From: Ignavibacteriota bacterium
GTDB taxonomy: Bacteria; Bacteroidota; Ignavibacteria; UBA10030
NCBI GenBank assembly: GCA_963727825.1
Contig: CAVSHO010000009.1
Location: 128,001-192,000 of the forward strand
Direction: 5' to 3'
DNA: 64,000 nt
Shown here: piece after piece, positions 50,753 through 61,050 of the stretch
Position numbering within the stretch: position 1 is the stretch's first letter
Layout of the letters: every line of letters starts with the position of its first letter
The notes under the pieces: generated by a model
Told to the model about the DNA's origin: nothing
Seen by the model: only the letters and a program-made list of their open reading frames with translations
The model's database searches: none
Translations under genes and position numbers: made by a program

Positions 50753-51781
50753 CTATTCTAAATAGAATCCAGCAGATAGATATCCAACCCAATGCTTGAG
50801 TGAAAATGGCGCGGTTATTCCCATACCAGTCTGCTTTAATGGAATAACTCCTTCCGTGTAAGAATCTGAATACCGGAGGATTGTTCCACAAAGTTTTTTC
50901 CCGTACGCCTTGACCATCGTCTTTTGTATTGTTAGCAAACCAAATGGAATTGAAAATTTTCCGCACCATACTTTATTTTTCATTTCTTCTGTGAAGTCCC
51001 GGATTTTCATTGTATCAACTCTTCCGGATAGATCTCGATTAGCAACTTGTTGATCTTTTTCAATACCTTTTGCGTGAGCTCTAGTATCTTCTCCCCAAAT
51101 AATATTATCAAAATCTTTACCGTAATGATTAGCATCTGATGAGCAAAGGAAAAATAAATCACGCCCAGGAACAAGTTGGTTTTTCTTTATGTAATCAGAA
51201 ATGACAACACTCAGTTTTTCAGCCAACTCATCCATTCGCTCGAATGGCATTGCAGTCACCATTATCGGTGTGATGCGAATATCGGGATTGAAATACTGAA
51301 GCCAAGGGATCATCGCTTCTATAGAATGTTCAAGCCGATGTGCTTTGTTGTTCACTTTGAAGTATTGCGTATCAATCCTGTTCCTTATGAATTCTCTAAG
51401 AGGAGATATTGCAACGTCTTTTCCGCAGCCCGCCCAAGATTTATACTCATCGAGCAGTAGAATTCCCTTTGGATCCCCAATTTCTTTCCTTACCGTCCCA
51501 TGCGTTACACCAAAGATAACTACTTCCTTAGGTTTGATTAATCGGAAGAGAGGATAATAGACATGTCCGGCATAAAGATAGTCATCATGGGGAGAAATGC
51601 CAGCAACAAAATCCATACAAGGCATGGAATCCTGTTCAGTCGATGCCAGATAACCAATAAGCCGCGTCATTTGTTGAGAATTCCAGCAATAACCGACGCT
51701 ATCTCGAATGGGACGAATATCCTGGGCAGCCAGATGCGATAACGAGAACCACACTGCCAAAATAATAGATGAAGTTTTCAT
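50753..51781 (-). CDS. MEMO1/AmmeMemoRadiSam protein B-like, with signal peptide
   Basis: ISPHDDYLYAG, EHSIE, SSDANHYG, WCG and WVGY. Confidence 0.8.
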   Translation of the reverse strand: MKTSSIILAVWFSLSHLAAQDIRPIRDSVGYCWNSQQMTRLIGYLASTEQDSMPCMDFVAGISPHDDYLYAGHVYYPLFRLIKPKEVVIFGVTHGTVRKEIGDPKGILLLDEYKSWAGCGKDVAISPLREFIRNRIDTQYFKVNNKAHRLEHSIEAMIPWLQYFNPDIRITPIMVTAMPFERMDELAEKLSVVISDYIKKNQLVPGRDLFFLCSSDANHYGKDFDNIIWGEDTRAHAKGIEKDQQVANRDLSGRVDTMKIRDFTEEMKNKVWCGKFSIPFGLLTIQKTMVKAYGKKLCGTILRYSDSYTEGVIPLKQTGMGITAPFSLKHWVGYLSAGFYLE

Positions 51782-51830
51782 CGCGGATTCCCTTTGAGCT
51801 ATGAAGAATTGAATCTTAGTAATAATAACG

Positions 51831-51859
51831 AAAAAAAAGCCGTCATCAAAGATGACGGC
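51831..51859 (-). terminator. Rho-independent terminator ('empty' allele)
   Basis: Minus strand GCCGTCATC-TTT-GATGACGGC-T8. Confidence 0.85.
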
Positions 51860-51937
51860 GTCAAAAGTGAAGATTAGCCATTAAAGCGTTCTCTCATAGC
51901 ACGAATATCCTACTATGGTATTTCAATTATTTCCCAA

Positions 51938-52918
51938 TTATTTTTTTCTAATTTGTGGTAGCATCAAGAGTGCAACAATTAAAATCAAAGCTATTCCGGT
52001 TGTATATGTCGCCCAAGGATTAGCAATACGGGATTCGACAGTCATCGTATAATCTGTAAAGCAGAAATAGTTTTCATCAAGTTTCCATGAAACTTTATTA
52101 CCTTCAACTGTGCTTGCATTAGTGTTCAAGATTATTCCAGGCATCACTACTTCGTTTATATATTTACCATCAGCCTCACTCATAAATTCGTATTTGGAAG
52201 TAAGTGATTTTTTTATACCATCTATTTGCCGCTCCAATTTATCCCTAAATTTTAGACCAAGTATTTTATCCTGATCTTCTATATTATCTTTTTTGTCTTT
52301 GAAGAAATCAACACGTTTATTGATAAATTCATCTTTTTTGGAAAGAAAGATACTCACTGGAAGGGATGGATCGTTAAGACTTTTCACGGAATCTATGAGC
52401 TGTCCATAGAATTCTTCAAAACTGTTTTTCATTATAAACTCATCCAGCCTCTCTTTTAGCGCTTGGCTAGTATCTCTTTTTTCATATTGAGCATATTCCT
52501 CATTGGTCAAAAAAGAGTCAAGCGCAATGTTCTTAAATGGAAAATAAGATTTGTATGTTTCTTGATAATTGAAGTATGTGTAAAACCATCTGAACTTCTT
52601 TTCAAACTTGATATCAACGCCAACCTTGCCTGCTCTTCTATATTCATTATTCATCTGATTGACATCGTCAAACCTCTTATTTGCAATATAGACCTTTTCT
52701 TTCGATGAATCTTTCTCTATACGACTCTCCCAGCTTTTATCAGTTGGAACTGGAAAAGACGAAGATGTATCGCTGTCACTCTTAACAAAGATTGTTCTCT
52801 TGCAAGATCCATCGCTATTAATTTTTGTTGTTGTCCTTTGCTCATGGTTGCAGCTATACCCTGTGAACAAAAAAATGGCAATGATTGCTGTAATCGGAAA
52901 TGTTGAGTTTGTATTCAT
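51938..52918 (-). CDS. Hypothetical lipoprotein with C-terminal TM anchor
   Basis: Lipobox-like FTGYSC and a C-terminal hydrophobic helix followed by RKK. Confidence 0.65.
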   Translation of the reverse strand: MNTNSTFPITAIIAIFLFTGYSCNHEQRTTTKINSDGSCKRTIFVKSDSDTSSSFPVPTDKSWESRIEKDSSKEKVYIANKRFDDVNQMNNEYRRAGKVGVDIKFEKKFRWFYTYFNYQETYKSYFPFKNIALDSFLTNEEYAQYEKRDTSQALKERLDEFIMKNSFEEFYGQLIDSVKSLNDPSLPVSIFLSKKDEFINKRVDFFKDKKDNIEDQDKILGLKFRDKLERQIDGIKKSLTSKYEFMSEADGKYINEVVMPGIILNTNASTVEGNKVSWKLDENYFCFTDYTMTVESRIANPWATYTTGIALILIVALLMLPQIRKK

Positions 52919-53661
52919 TATCGTTTTTCCTTATGGTTGCTTCGTTCTAATTCTTTCTTTAACCGTTCGATTTCGTTTCGAAGCATTTCAAGTTCCTTAT
53001 CTTTCTCTGCAGAATTAAATTTTGGGTATCTATCTTTATAAAATTGATCCTGCATCTCATCCAACCTTTTGCGTGATGCTTCATCTAATGTTTTGTAATT
53101 ATTCAACAACAACTGGAGATCCTCTTTCTTCATAAGAATAAGTTTGTTAGTCAGTTCTATATAAGAACTGCTCCCATCAGACAGTTCGTAAAAATCATAC
53201 AGAAAATCTGGAACATTAACTCCGGGTAGAATAATGCTTGCCCGGCTGAAATTATGTTGCACACCTAATCGTCGTTCCAGATTAACTATTTTTAGCATGT
53301 CGCTGTATTCCATAAATAGATAGGTCATTCCACACATGAGGATTACGATACTACAAGCAAATCGGACAATTTGTATACTGAATACGTCACTCAGGCGATC
53401 AAGAAATGTATTAGTCTTCTCCACTTGTCTTTCGTTGACAATAGCTGCAAGAATTGAATCTGTCAAAGCTTGCTCGTTTCGGATGCGGGGTATTGCCTTC
53501 TTGATTTTATCAAGTATTAGGTTGGCTTTCGATACTTCCTGAAAGATCGTTTTACAAGTTTCGCAATCAGTAATATGCTCCTTTAAGAATTCTCTTTCAG
53601 CCGGATCGAGGTCTTCGATTCTTGTCGAGTAAAGAAGTTGTTGCAGTTCTTCGCATGTCAT
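52918..53661 (-). CDS. Zinc-binding anti-sigma factor (zf-HC2 plus TM)
   Basis: MTC..HITDCETC and a single TM; overlaps the sigma stop. Confidence 0.75.
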   Translation of the reverse strand: MTCEELQQLLYSTRIEDLDPAEREFLKEHITDCETCKTIFQEVSKANLILDKIKKAIPRIRNEQALTDSILAAIVNERQVEKTNTFLDRLSDVFSIQIVRFACSIVILMCGMTYLFMEYSDMLKIVNLERRLGVQHNFSRASIILPGVNVPDFLYDFYELSDGSSSYIELTNKLILMKKEDLQLLLNNYKTLDEASRKRLDEMQDQFYKDRYPKFNSAEKDKELEMLRNEIERLKKELERSNHKEKR

Positions 53662-54236
53662 AAGCTTGCCTCTAACGCCATCAATTTCTTTCTGATGTTT
53701 TGTCTTGCATAGAACAAGTTTGTTTTTATCGCTGATTCAGACATGCCAGTAATGTCAGTAACTTCTTCAATGGTCAGGTCCTGTAAATCTCTCAATAGAA
53801 AAATCATTTTCTGCTTTTCAGATAATCCATCAGCAATATGTTTGATCAACGCCAACGTTTCTTTATTGGTTAAATCCCGTTCTATATCGATATTTTCGAT
53901 GCAGTCATCTTTAGAGGAATTGTCACTCAGTCTTACGAATACTCTCGTTCTTCTTTTATTGGACTTAGCTCTGTCATAGCATAGATTGACAACGATCTTG
54001 TACATCCATGTTGTGAATTTCATTTTTGAATCGAAATCTCGTAGGTGATTCCAAATCCTGATAAAACTTTCCTGAACAACATCTTCGGCGTCATCTTCAT
54101 CGCAAAAAAACCTGAATGCAATAGAGTATGCGTATGATTGATGATACTTGACGATTTCCTTAAAAGCTGTTACATCGCCTTTTTTGGCATCTTCAATGAG
54201 TTTTATAATTGCATCAGCCGGTTTATTATTTTGCAT
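53658..54236 (-). CDS. ECF RNA polymerase sigma factor
   Basis: DAEDVVQESF, FTTWMYKI and a region 4 HTH. Confidence 0.92.
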   Translation of the reverse strand: MQNNKPADAIIKLIEDAKKGDVTAFKEIVKYHQSYAYSIAFRFFCDEDDAEDVVQESFIRIWNHLRDFDSKMKFTTWMYKIVVNLCYDRAKSNKRRTRVFVRLSDNSSKDDCIENIDIERDLTNKETLALIKHIADGLSEKQKMIFLLRDLQDLTIEEVTDITGMSESAIKTNLFYARQNIRKKLMALEASL

Positions 54237-54261
54237 TCGAAGGTGTCTTTGTTCTTGAAAT

Positions 54262-54287
54262 GATACGACACAAGAAGATAAAGGTTA
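54262..54287 (-). promoter_or_regulatory. Putative autoregulatory ECF promoter
   Basis: Minus strand TAACC-TTTATCTTCTTGTGT-CGTATC just upstream of the sigma gene. Confidence 0.4.
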
Positions 54288-54385
54288 AAGGTGAAGGAAG
54301 CTATTCAACAGATCAAGACAAATATCAAACATGCCCTAGATGATTATTATTTAAATTAATTCTTTAAAAAGGACATGTTGATAAT

Positions 54386-54434
54386 AAAAAAGCCGTCATC
54401 AAATGCCGAAGGCATGCCTTTGGCAGATGACGGC
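54386..54434 (-). terminator. Rho-independent terminator ('filled' allele with 22-bp palindromic insert)
   Basis: GCCGTCATC-AAA-[TGCCGAAGGCATGCCTTTGGCA]-GATGACGGC has the same stem as 51839-51859. Confidence 0.85.
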
Positions 54435-54464
54435 TAAGTTAAACCCTCGCAGGTATTCTTACGA

Positions 54465-55565
54465 TTATTTTGCAGACATCTTAAGAATTCTAATGTCGCT
54501 ATTTGAAGTCTCTAGAGTGATAGTTGGACCACCACCATTCAATGTATACACTGCGTAAACTTGATCATCTTCTTCTTTGTTTTCGTATTTATCTGCTTTG
54601 AAATCTGAACGAATAGTGAATTTCTTATGATGCCGTCCCCATCCATGATTTAGGTTGATAGTGGCTTCAACATTAGCTTTTGCGTTTTCAGGTAAGGAGA
54701 GTTCAATTTCTCCTCCTCCGGTCCTGATCGAACTATTTCCTGTACCGCCCGGAGTCAATTCACATTTAATGCTTCCTCCACCTGTTGCAACATCAACAAC
54801 CCCTGTTATATCTTCCATTTCCACACTGCCGCCGCCGGTTTTGACTTTCGCTCCATACTTCGCTCCTTGAACAGACACACTACCACCGCCAGTTGAAAGG
54901 TCAACCCAAGCGCTTGCATCTTCAACTTTTATGCTTCCCCCGCCAGTTGATGCACTTACTTTCCCGCCGGTTTCTCGCAATGAAATACTACCGCCCCCAG
55001 TCCTTGCATCCAGTGTCCCAGTGATAGTTCTGGTCTCAATACTTCCTCCGCCGGTTTGCATTGCGGCATTACCTTCAACCTTCTCCGCTTTAATACTGCC
55101 ACCACCCGTTTCAACATCAACCTTGCCGATAATGTGCTCAATCTTGATACTGCCACCTTTTGTTTCTGCTGTGAAGTCACCTGAAAGCACATCACTTTGT
55201 TTTACACTTCCACCAGATGTTTGAATATTCACATTGTATTTAGAAGGAACATGTATGGTGAATTCCAAATGATCAACATTATGGCGTGAATCTCTGTAGC
55301 TCACCGTAACATCGTTCCCAGACTGCTTCATAACAAGACGATCGGGATGGCGTTCATTGATACCTTCTGCTTCAACGAAGACCTCATCCTTCGACCATGG
55401 TTCAATGCGAACGGCACCCGGTTCCACATCGACTTCGAGTAACCCACCTTTTTGAACAATAAAAGATTTGGATTGATAATCGGACGCCTCATCTGATTTC
55501 CTCTGAGCAATTGAGAGCGATGGTATCATCAAGCCCATCAAAAGGAACACAAATATCTTTTTCAT
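54465..55565 (-). CDS. DUF4097 beta-solenoid repeat protein, secreted
   Basis: Signal peptide, repeated TGGGSI units and LNGGG..I.L.TSN C-terminus. Confidence 0.88.
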   Translation of the reverse strand: MKKIFVFLLMGLMIPSLSIAQRKSDEASDYQSKSFIVQKGGLLEVDVEPGAVRIEPWSKDEVFVEAEGINERHPDRLVMKQSGNDVTVSYRDSRHNVDHLEFTIHVPSKYNVNIQTSGGSVKQSDVLSGDFTAETKGGSIKIEHIIGKVDVETGGGSIKAEKVEGNAAMQTGGGSIETRTITGTLDARTGGGSISLRETGGKVSASTGGGSIKVEDASAWVDLSTGGGSVSVQGAKYGAKVKTGGGSVEMEDITGVVDVATGGGSIKCELTPGGTGNSSIRTGGGEIELSLPENAKANVEATINLNHGWGRHHKKFTIRSDFKADKYENKEEDDQVYAVYTLNGGGPTITLETSNSDIRILKMSAK

Positions 55566-55621
55566 TTATATCCTCCACAAAAATTGTTCGTACATAGTTA
55601 TTTTCATTATTTTATTGCATG

Positions 55622-56771
55622 TTAATGCCGCAGCTTATGAATTTCGATATTCGAATTTGAAGTGCTCAGTTCAACCACTTCACCACCGCCATTGAGTTTA
55701 TAGACCGCATGGATTTCTCCGGCTCTTCACTTGTTTCGTACGATTCTTTTGGGAATTCTGATTTCACGACATAATCGGCTTAAAAATATTTCCAGCCCTT
55801 CAATCGAGATTAGTTGCTTCAATAGTCACTTTCGAATTTTCATCAATATAGAACCGAATATCTCCGCCTGCTGAAGATAACCTGCTTCTTCCTTTACCGC
55901 TGGGAATGAGTTCTGCTTCAACCTCACCGCCTGCTGTTTTTGCATCAATTGAACCCGTGATATTCTGCAATTTCACATCGCCGCCGGATGTTCTCGCATT
56001 GACTTTACCACTGGCGCCTTTTAATTCGATGTCGCCACCTGCTGTGTTAGCGTTGCTCTTCCTGAAACTTTACCAACATCAACATTGCCACCAGAAGTAG
56101 AGACACGCGCTTCTCCGCCAACATCACCAATGATAATATCGCCGCCGGCTGTTTTTGCTTCAAGAGTTTTTGATCACTGCCTCGACCCGAATATTGCCGC
56201 CCGATGTATTGACATAAAGTGAGCCATTTACGCTTCCAACATGTATATCGCCACCTGAAGTTTTAAGATGCCCTTCCCCTTCAAGTTTATCGGTAGTAAT
56301 ATTTCCCCCAGATGTCGACACATTAACAGGACCGCCAAATACGTTACCTAATTTGATATCACCACCCGAGGTCGATCCATCTATCTTTCCAGTAAGTCCG
56401 CCCTTTAGCTCTAAATTGCCTCCTGATGTATTAAGATCAAGATTGAATTGCGATGGTACATTCACATTGAAGCGTGCATGCCCGGACCCATCGCCCCATC
56501 GTGTTCGATACGACACACGCACGACATTTCCATTTTGGGACATCTTTACTTGATCAATGTCTTCATCATCAAGACCTTCAATATTCACATATACTTCATT
56601 CTTTTCCCAAGTTGAAATTCTAATATCTCCAACACTCGTCGTGATTTCGACTGTGCCTCCTTTGCTGACATTAAAGGATTTAGACCTAGATCCTTCTTCG
56701 CTTGCTAAGACGAATGTTAGTGTAAACAATGCCGCGATGGCAGCAATAAGCATTCGATTAAGAGTTTTCAT
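55622..56771 (-). CDS. DUF4097 beta-solenoid repeat protein (several frameshifts)
   Basis: TSGGDI repeats continue past 56160 in other frames to LNGGGEVVELSTSNSNIEIHKLRH*. Confidence 0.8.
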
Positions 56772-57745
56772 TGTTGTACCTCCTGCAAAGCTAACTTTGC
56801 CCTGATTCTGATATAATTATTATCGTCTGATTGAGCCTTGTTCTTGAACATATCAAGAATCTCACGGTTCATCGGTTGGTTTTCATATTTCGATAAGTCT
56901 AACGAATTAATCGCTGTAATCTTCAAACCTGTATTTGATTCATTCGCTAAAACATTAAGGAATGCATGTACGATGACAGGATCCGGTAAATAATTCTTAA
57001 GCACTTTGATAGCCTCTTTTCGCACACCGAGATTCCGATCATGCAGCAGTGCAGTGATGAGAGCGGTTTTCACTTCAGAATCAAGCGCTGGAACACCGGC
57101 TTGTTTTTGCTCAGCCTGTGTACCAATCATATTCACAGCACGAAGTCGGATACCCGCGTTCTGATCGCTTACGAGCGCTCGAGCCAGAACTTTCTGTACA
57201 TTCTCATCATTGACGTTGCCGCGAATACGCACAGGCGTGATAGTTTCAAATGTGAATTCCACATCTCCATTTTGCGAGTTACGATCCAGAAAATGGATAT
57301 TCGTTATTTGAGATTCTCCCGCTTCCATCGTAGACGATCCAAATGCCGTCTGTCGCAGTGGTGAGTATTTTTCAGATGGTGATTTAAAAACGAAATAACC
57401 AACAAGGATTCCAATTACGAGAGTTGCAGCTCCGCCCAACGCGACTTGAAGCGGCGGAGCAAGAAATTCATTGAGCATGCTCTTTAATTTCGTCCACAAG
57501 GATTTTTGCTCAGAATCGGCTTGGATTCGTAAGCGCAGATTTCTTCGCGCATCCTGCAATAACGGCTCCTGTATAACAATTGGTCGATGATGTGCCAAGG
57601 TCGCATGGATTTTTTTTAATTCATTTAATTCAATACGACAGTGTTCACATGTCACAAGATGATCATCAAGAAGTGTTCGTTCTTGTTCACTCAATTCATC
57701 ATAAAGGGAAAGCTGGAGCCATCCCTCAAATTGTTTGTGTTTCAT
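56768..57745 (-). CDS. Anti-sigma factor (zf-HC2, TM, HEAT-repeat domain)
   Basis: HLVTCEHC, one TM, and D.N.GVR..A HEAT-like repeats. Confidence 0.8.
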   Translation of the reverse strand: MKHKQFEGWLQLSLYDELSEQERTLLDDHLVTCEHCRIELNELKKIHATLAHHRPIVIQEPLLQDARRNLRLRIQADSEQKSLWTKLKSMLNEFLAPPLQVALGGAATLVIGILVGYFVFKSPSEKYSPLRQTAFGSSTMEAGESQITNIHFLDRNSQNGDVEFTFETITPVRIRGNVNDENVQKVLARALVSDQNAGIRLRAVNMIGTQAEQKQAGVPALDSEVKTALITALLHDRNLGVRKEAIKVLKNYLPDPVIVHAFLNVLANESNTGLKITAINSLDLSKYENQPMNREILDMFKNKAQSDDNNYIRIRAKLALQEVQQ

Positions 57746-57767
57746 ATACCGTTCCTCGTTTTCTATT

Positions 57768-58346
57768 TCAACTTGCAATATCTTTTAATTGCTTTCTTAA
57801 ACGCGCGGTCGCTTCAAATAAATACTTTTTAACAGTTCCTTCGTTGCATTTCAATATTCCGGCAATCTCTTTCAATTTATAACCATCATAGTGCTTAAGT
57901 GAAAAGACCATCCTCTGGCGCGGTGATAGAGTCTTCAGCGCTTGTTCCACTCTCATTGAAATCTCTGCGTCACGCGTCTGTTGATCGGTCGTCGTATTAT
58001 CGGACAATGTGTCTTTCAATGCATGCGGTTGACCGTCTTCATCGTTCACATTTTGATCGAGCGACGTATGAGAATGTCTTCGTCCGCGCATCCGATGACT
58101 TAAGCAAACATTAGTCGTAATCCGAAAGAGCCAAGTTGAAAATTCACTCTTATATCGGAATTTTGGCAAACCTTTATAGACTCTAAGGAATACCTCTTGA
58201 TAGATATCCTTTGCATCGTCGGAGCAACTTACATAACCTGCCGCAATGGTCAGAACTCGCTTATCATATCGCTGGACAAGCTGCTCGAACGCTTCCATAC
58301 TCCCGCGCTGGGTTTGTATAATTAATTCAGTGTCGTTGGATGCCAT
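57768..58346 (-). CDS. ECF RNA polymerase sigma factor
   Basis: AFEQLV, DAKDIYQEVF, FSTWLFRI and EIAGIL..EGTVK; start placed downstream of the putative promoter. Confidence 0.92.
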   Translation of the reverse strand: MASNDTELIIQTQRGSMEAFEQLVQRYDKRVLTIAAGYVSCSDDAKDIYQEVFLRVYKGLPKFRYKSEFSTWLFRITTNVCLSHRMRGRRHSHTSLDQNVNDEDGQPHALKDTLSDNTTTDQQTRDAEISMRVEQALKTLSPRQRMVFSLKHYDGYKLKEIAGILKCNEGTVKKYLFEATARLRKQLKDIAS

Positions 58347-58380
58347 ACGCTCGGAATTCCTTTGTTTGTCAGACATAGAA

Positions 58381-58410
58381 TTAGACCTTTGATCTGTGAA
58401 AAGGTTGGGG
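58381..58410 (-). promoter_or_regulatory. Putative autoregulatory ECF promoter
   Basis: Minus strand CCCCAACC-TTTT..(16 nt)-GTCTAA. Confidence 0.55.
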
Positions 58411-58555
58411 CTTAAATGCAAGATAGTGAGTGATAGGACTCCATTCAAGCCCGTATACTGTTATGCAATGGCTTGCTTCCATCCTTACGCCTTGATATAT
58501 TCTAAAAGAGACAATCTTTAAGCTGATATTAAAGACATATCAATATAGAATTTCG

Positions 58556-59464
58556 ATGGAAATCATCTATAATCTGTTTATTCTGTCCATTCTCTTTCTT
58601 ATTCAGGCGACTTTTGTTCTTCTTGTCGCTGGACCGCTCATTCTCTTAAAACCCATCCGGCGTAAAAAGGATTGGTATGCGCGGTTCACAAATCTTTTAG
58701 AACCGAAAGATGCAGGACTTCCTCAGGAAAATGTAACCGTAGAGACATTTGATGGACTGAAATTAAGCTGTTGGTTCGTGCATCAAAAGAAAAAAGCACG
58801 CGGCACTATCATATATCTGCACGGAGTTGGTGATTGTAAAATCGCCGGTGTGCCCTTTGTGCGTTCTCTTTATGGCAATGGATTTAATATATTTCTTTAT
58901 GATTCACGTCAACATGGCGAAAGCGAAGGATATTATTGCACCTACGGCTTTTATGAAAAGCACGATGTCTCGGCAGTGATTTCGTACTTGCAATCAAGAA
59001 AAGATATTAAGGTTGGTAAAATTGGCATCTTCGGAACATCAATGGGTGGAGCAGTGGCAATTCAAGCCGCCGCTATTGATCCCCGGATTGCTTGCGTTGT
59101 TTCAGAAGGAAGCTATACTGCATTGCGGATTGTTTTCGTTGATTACCAAAAACGGATTATTAAACTTCCCTGGCATTTCCTAAGGAACATTGCATTGGTG
59201 CAATCCCAAAAAATGGCAAACTTCAAAGCAAGACTTGTCGCACCAATTGAAGATATTAAACGCGTGCATGTACCGGTCTTAATCGTTCATGGGAAAAACG
59301 ATTCTTTCATTAAATCTAATTACTCCAAGCTTCTGTACGATGCCGCCAACGAACCAAAGCAACTTCTTCTAATCGATGGCGCCGAACATACAAATGTTTG
59401 GGAAATTGGCGGCCAGATATATGAAAATTCCATCACCACGTTTTTTAGGGAACATTTGAAATAG
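58556..59464 (+). CDS. Membrane-anchored alpha/beta hydrolase
   Basis: YLHG, nucleophile GTSMGG, HGKND and GAEH. Confidence 0.9.
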   Translation: MEIIYNLFILSILFLIQATFVLLVAGPLILLKPIRRKKDWYARFTNLLEPKDAGLPQENVTVETFDGLKLSCWFVHQKKKARGTIIYLHGVGDCKIAGVPFVRSLYGNGFNIFLYDSRQHGESEGYYCTYGFYEKHDVSAVISYLQSRKDIKVGKIGIFGTSMGGAVAIQAAAIDPRIACVVSEGSYTALRIVFVDYQKRIIKLPWHFLRNIALVQSQKMANFKARLVAPIEDIKRVHVPVLIVHGKNDSFIKSNYSKLLYDAANEPKQLLLIDGAEHTNVWEIGGQIYENSITTFFREHLK

Positions 59465-59531
59465 GATAGTTTCTTCGGAATGTAGTTTAGTTATGCTCGC
59501 TGCCAACTAATCATATATTATTCTTTTCAAT

Positions 59532-61031
59532 CTACCTTCTGTGTAATAGCGCTACATTCTCAATATGGAATGTATGCGGAAACATATCTACTGGTTGAAG
59601 TTTGATCAACTGATATTTTTCAGCGCAGAGTAATTTCACATCGCGTGCCTGCGTTGCCGGATTGCAGCTGACATAGACAATGCGGTCCGGCGCCAATACA
59701 AGAATTTCTTCTACAACTTTGGGGTGCATGCCGTTGCGGGGCGGGTCGATGACGAGCACATCCGGTTTCGAGTGAGACGCCATCCAAGATGTATCTTTGG
59801 TTAGTTTGTCTTTTAAATCTCCAAGAAGGAAATGGCAATTCGTAATGTTGTTTGACTGGGCGTTCTTTTCTGCATCGCGGATGGCACTTTCTACAGATTC
59901 TATTCCAACTACTTCCTTCACCGTATCCGAAATAAATATAGCAATAGAACCCGTTCCGGAGTAAAGATCGAATACAACATCTGTCGATTTGAGTTCTCCG
60001 AATTCTTTCACCACACCGTATAGTTTTTCCGCTTGCGCTACGTTCGTTTGGAAGAATGAGCTTGCCGAGATAGAGAAATCATGATTGCCCAATCTCTCAT
60101 GAATCCATCCATTGCTGAGATAGACATTCTCTGTTTCCCCATACGCAATTTGTGCTTTCTTGTTATTAATTGTGTTCACAACTGTAGTCACTTGTTCAAT
60201 ACTCGCTTTTAATTCCGCTGCATATTGTTTCATTACATCCGGACGATTTTCGAATGTCACGAGATTTGCCATCACTTCTTTTGTCTTTTTGTCCCGTTGA
60301 ACGGGATTCCCAAAAGCAGAACTTTCGCGAATAACGAGGAAGCGGAGATAACCACTGTTGCGATCCGAATCATACACGTTAAGGTGATTCCGCCGGGCAA
60401 AGTCACGAGTAAAATTTAAAATCTGATTGGAAACAACAGACTGTAAATGACATTCATCAATATCTAAAACCTTATCATAGCGCTGCGGAACATGCAAGCC
60501 AAGAAAGATTGGAGACCCGCCTTCGGCGGGCAAGTTGAAAATGATTGACTCATCGTTGGGAGGGAGTTCTACTCCCGACCTTATGGGTAATGTTAACCAT
60601 TCTTTCTCGGCAAACGAATATTCCATTTTGCCGCGGTAGAAATAAATTTTATCCGCTCCAATAATAGGAAGAACATTGAGATTGGAAAATCCACCTATAC
60701 GTTCGAATGAATCAACCACCTGTTGCTGCTTAAATCGAAGCTGTGCTTGATAATCCACATGCTGCCACTTGCATCCTCCGCAAACACCAAAGTATTTACA
60801 TCGTGGATCTACTCGCAACGGCGATGGTCGTTCAATGCGAACAACTTTCGCCTCTGCAAAACTTTTCTTGATTTTCAAAAGCTTAGCAATTACTACATCG
60901 CCGGGAACAGCATTTTCAACAAAGACGACCAATCCTTCATGGCGAGCAACGGCTTTTCCTTCGAACGCAGCATCCGTGATCTCAAGTTGAAGTTCATCGC
61001 CACGATGTAACTCAATCATAGAATCCTTCAT
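59532..61031 (-). CDS. rlmD: 23S rRNA (uracil-C5)-methyltransferase RlmD/RumA
   Basis: TRAM domain, CKYFGVCGGC, SFFQTN, DLYSGTG, IDPPR, YVSCNP and VDMFPHTFHIE. Confidence 0.93.
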   Translation of the reverse strand: MKDSMIELHRGDELQLEITDAAFEGKAVARHEGLVVFVENAVPGDVVIAKLLKIKKSFAEAKVVRIERPSPLRVDPRCKYFGVCGGCKWQHVDYQAQLRFKQQQVVDSFERIGGFSNLNVLPIIGADKIYFYRGKMEYSFAEKEWLTLPIRSGVELPPNDESIIFNLPAEGGSPIFLGLHVPQRYDKVLDIDECHLQSVVSNQILNFTRDFARRNHLNVYDSDRNSGYLRFLVIRESSAFGNPVQRDKKTKEVMANLVTFENRPDVMKQYAAELKASIEQVTTVVNTINNKKAQIAYGETENVYLSNGWIHERLGNHDFSISASSFFQTNVAQAEKLYGVVKEFGELKSTDVVFDLYSGTGSIAIFISDTVKEVVGIESVESAIRDAEKNAQSNNITNCHFLLGDLKDKLTKDTSWMASHSKPDVLVIDPPRNGMHPKVVEEILVLAPDRIVYVSCNPATQARDVKLLCAEKYQLIKLQPVDMFPHTFHIENVALLHRR

Positions 61032-61050
61032 CCTATTCCAATACGAATAA

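Noticed and set aside
54700-56430. Periodic DNA repeats
   Set aside because: Explained by the TGGG/TSGG beta-solenoid protein repeats of DUF4097.
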